Shown: positions 62,712 through 64,000 of the stretch, piece after piece | Layout: every line of letters starts with the position of its first letter | Numbering within the stretch: position 1 is the first letter of the stretch | Assembly: GCA_038861545.1 (NCBI GenBank) | Contig: JAWCCZ010000003.1 | Location: forward strand, 160,001-224,000 | Reading direction: 5' to 3' | DNA from: Thermofilaceae archaeon | GTDB lineage: Archaea; Thermoproteota; Thermoprotei; Thermofilales; Thermofilaceae | Length of the DNA stretch: 64,000 bases | Position numbers and translations under genes: made by a program | Notes under the pieces: generated by a model | The model's database searches: none | What the model was told of the DNA's origin: nothing | The model's input: only the letters and a program-made list of their open reading frames with translations

Positions 62712-63150
62712 GGAATAACATTCTATATTTTGTCTCGAAGGTTTTATAAATTTTATTTAATGCAGCCTAGTAAAAATCTCTTTGCCAAGCTATTTAGGTT
62801 TGCCTTGGCAAACATTGCATGACGTTCGTCCACATTAAGAGGTTACCGCTCTCACCTAAACCTCCTCTTGGAAGGATGTAAACTGAATAAATGCGTGAAC
62901 TTAGCCCTAAGGCAAGATGGGACATCTCCAACTACAAAAGCAGTTAAAAGAAGCTGATAGATTGATTTTCTGATAAACTGGTTCTAGAAGCTAGAGGAAG
63001 TATCCCAAATCAAAGGGTGCACCAGACTTTGGTTGGAATATACGTAACGGCCCTGATTCTGCTAAAATAAAAGCTTCTCTTAGGTAAGCACATGCATGCT
63101 TCACAGTGTAGTTACGTAATCACCTGTAGCTAGGAAATAAAGAATCATAG

Positions 63151-63159
63151 TTTTTAAAA
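63151..63159 (+). promoter_or_regulatory. Putative TATA box
   Basis: TTTTTAAAA 22-30 nt upstream of GTG at 63181. Confidence 0.5.
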
Positions 63160-63180
63160 GTATAAGATGTTTTCAATTGT

Positions 63181-64000
63181 GTGCAACTTAGTAGGCGTAA
63201 ACTCTTTAGCCTAGTAACCGCTCTTGTAGTAGTGATATCTGTTATGCTAGTTTTCGGTTTAAAAGGTCAGCGGGAATGTAGTGAGACTCAAGCTATGTTG
63301 AAGCTAGGTTTAGACCAGTACAACTTCTTCGGCGGGCGGAGAGGGATGTGCCAGTTTGAAGCTAAGGGTTTCTTCTACGTAGCTGAACGGGAGGGCGTGT
63401 GGTGGCTGGTAGATCCGCTGGGTTGCGCTTTTATATCGAAAGGCGTAAACCATGTAAGCCCGTACGGGGATTACTCGCCCGCGCTCGGGTACTCGCCTTA
63501 CGAGAGATGGGTTAAAGCTAAGTATGAAAACATTGATTCATGGCTTGAGGCAACGGTGCTGCGCCTTCGATCTTGGGGCTTTAACACTATCGGTTCGTGG
63601 TCGTACGAGCAGTTATTCCTTCAGATGCCCTACACGGTTATCCTTGACGTAATGGCCAGTTACGGCTTTAACTGGGTTACCGGAGGCGTCCCTGATATTT
63701 TCGACGCAAAGTTCGAGGAGCACGCTGAGAGCGTCATCGCATCTAAGTGTGAACCTAGGGCTCACGATCCCCTGCTTTTAGGCTACTTTCTCGATAACGA
63801 GTTGAGATGGGGACCTGATTGGCGATCTCAAAAACACCTGCTAGACGATTTCATAAGGCTCCCAGCCGAGGCTCCTGGGAAGCGGGTTGCTGCTGAAGCC
63901 TTAGTCGAGGCTTACGGGGGAAGCCTTACAGAGCTCGGCAAAGAGTTAGGAATCAATCTAGAAAGCTTCGACGACCTACTCCGCTTCAGCGGCGAGATTC
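63181..64000 (+). CDS. Secreted or anchored clan GH-A glycoside hydrolase (GH50 beta-agarase-like), runs off right edge
   Basis: Manual translation: VQLSRRKLFSLV.., GFFYV..GVWWLVDPLG, RLRSWGFNTIGSWS, PDIFD, LLGYFLDNELRW; not in ORF track. Confidence 0.82.
   Translation, partial: MQLSRRKLFSLVTALVVVISVMLVFGLKGQRECSETQAMLKLGLDQYNFFGGRRGMCQFEAKGFFYVAEREGVWWLVDPLGCAFISKGVNHVSPYGDYSPALGYSPYERWVKAKYENIDSWLEATVLRLRSWGFNTIGSWSYEQLFLQMPYTVILDVMASYGFNWVTGGVPDIFDAKFEEHAESVIASKCEPRAHDPLLLGYFLDNELRWGPDWRSQKHLLDDFIRLPAEAPGKRVAAEALVEAYGGSLTELGKELGINLESFDDLLRFSGEI

Noticed and set aside
62781-62812. 9-bp inverted repeat tttgccaag/cttggcaaa
   Set aside because: Short with a long spacer; expected by chance.

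Overview
This is an archaeal chromosomal window. The gene content (FEN1, CDC48, archaeal uS2, type-2 IDI, TATA-led leaderless-looking starts) fits a Thermoproteota, possibly Thermofilaceae-like, organism; the taxonomy is inferred. The left ~30 kb is mostly housekeeping: ppa, cdc48, fen, serS, fni, rps2, speE, galE/galU, a Dpp/Opp-type ABC operon and an unusual MtrA-like/ThyA/DUF4346-like fusion. From ~30.2 kb to the end is a mosaic, partly decaying cell-surface glycosylation island. It contains GT2 and GT4 glycosyltransferases, wecB, rmlA/C/D and two large polytopic GT-C-like proteins. It also holds two paralogous pairs of Ig-like surface-protein genes, each preceded by a degenerate coiled-coil gene, and several single-base frameshifts. 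The most notable items are: (1) a 98-aa two-TM protein resembling eukaryotic DPM2 (with PIG-P/DPM3-like features) near a DPM1-like GT2; (2) a perfect 50-bp palindrome beside an inverted gene; (3) an 81-bp perfect repeat between the two CDC48 Walker A regions; (4) a GH50-like glycosidase running off the right edge. I found no tRNA, rRNA, CRISPR array or intact mobile element. All family assignments come from motifs recognised by eye, not from database searches.
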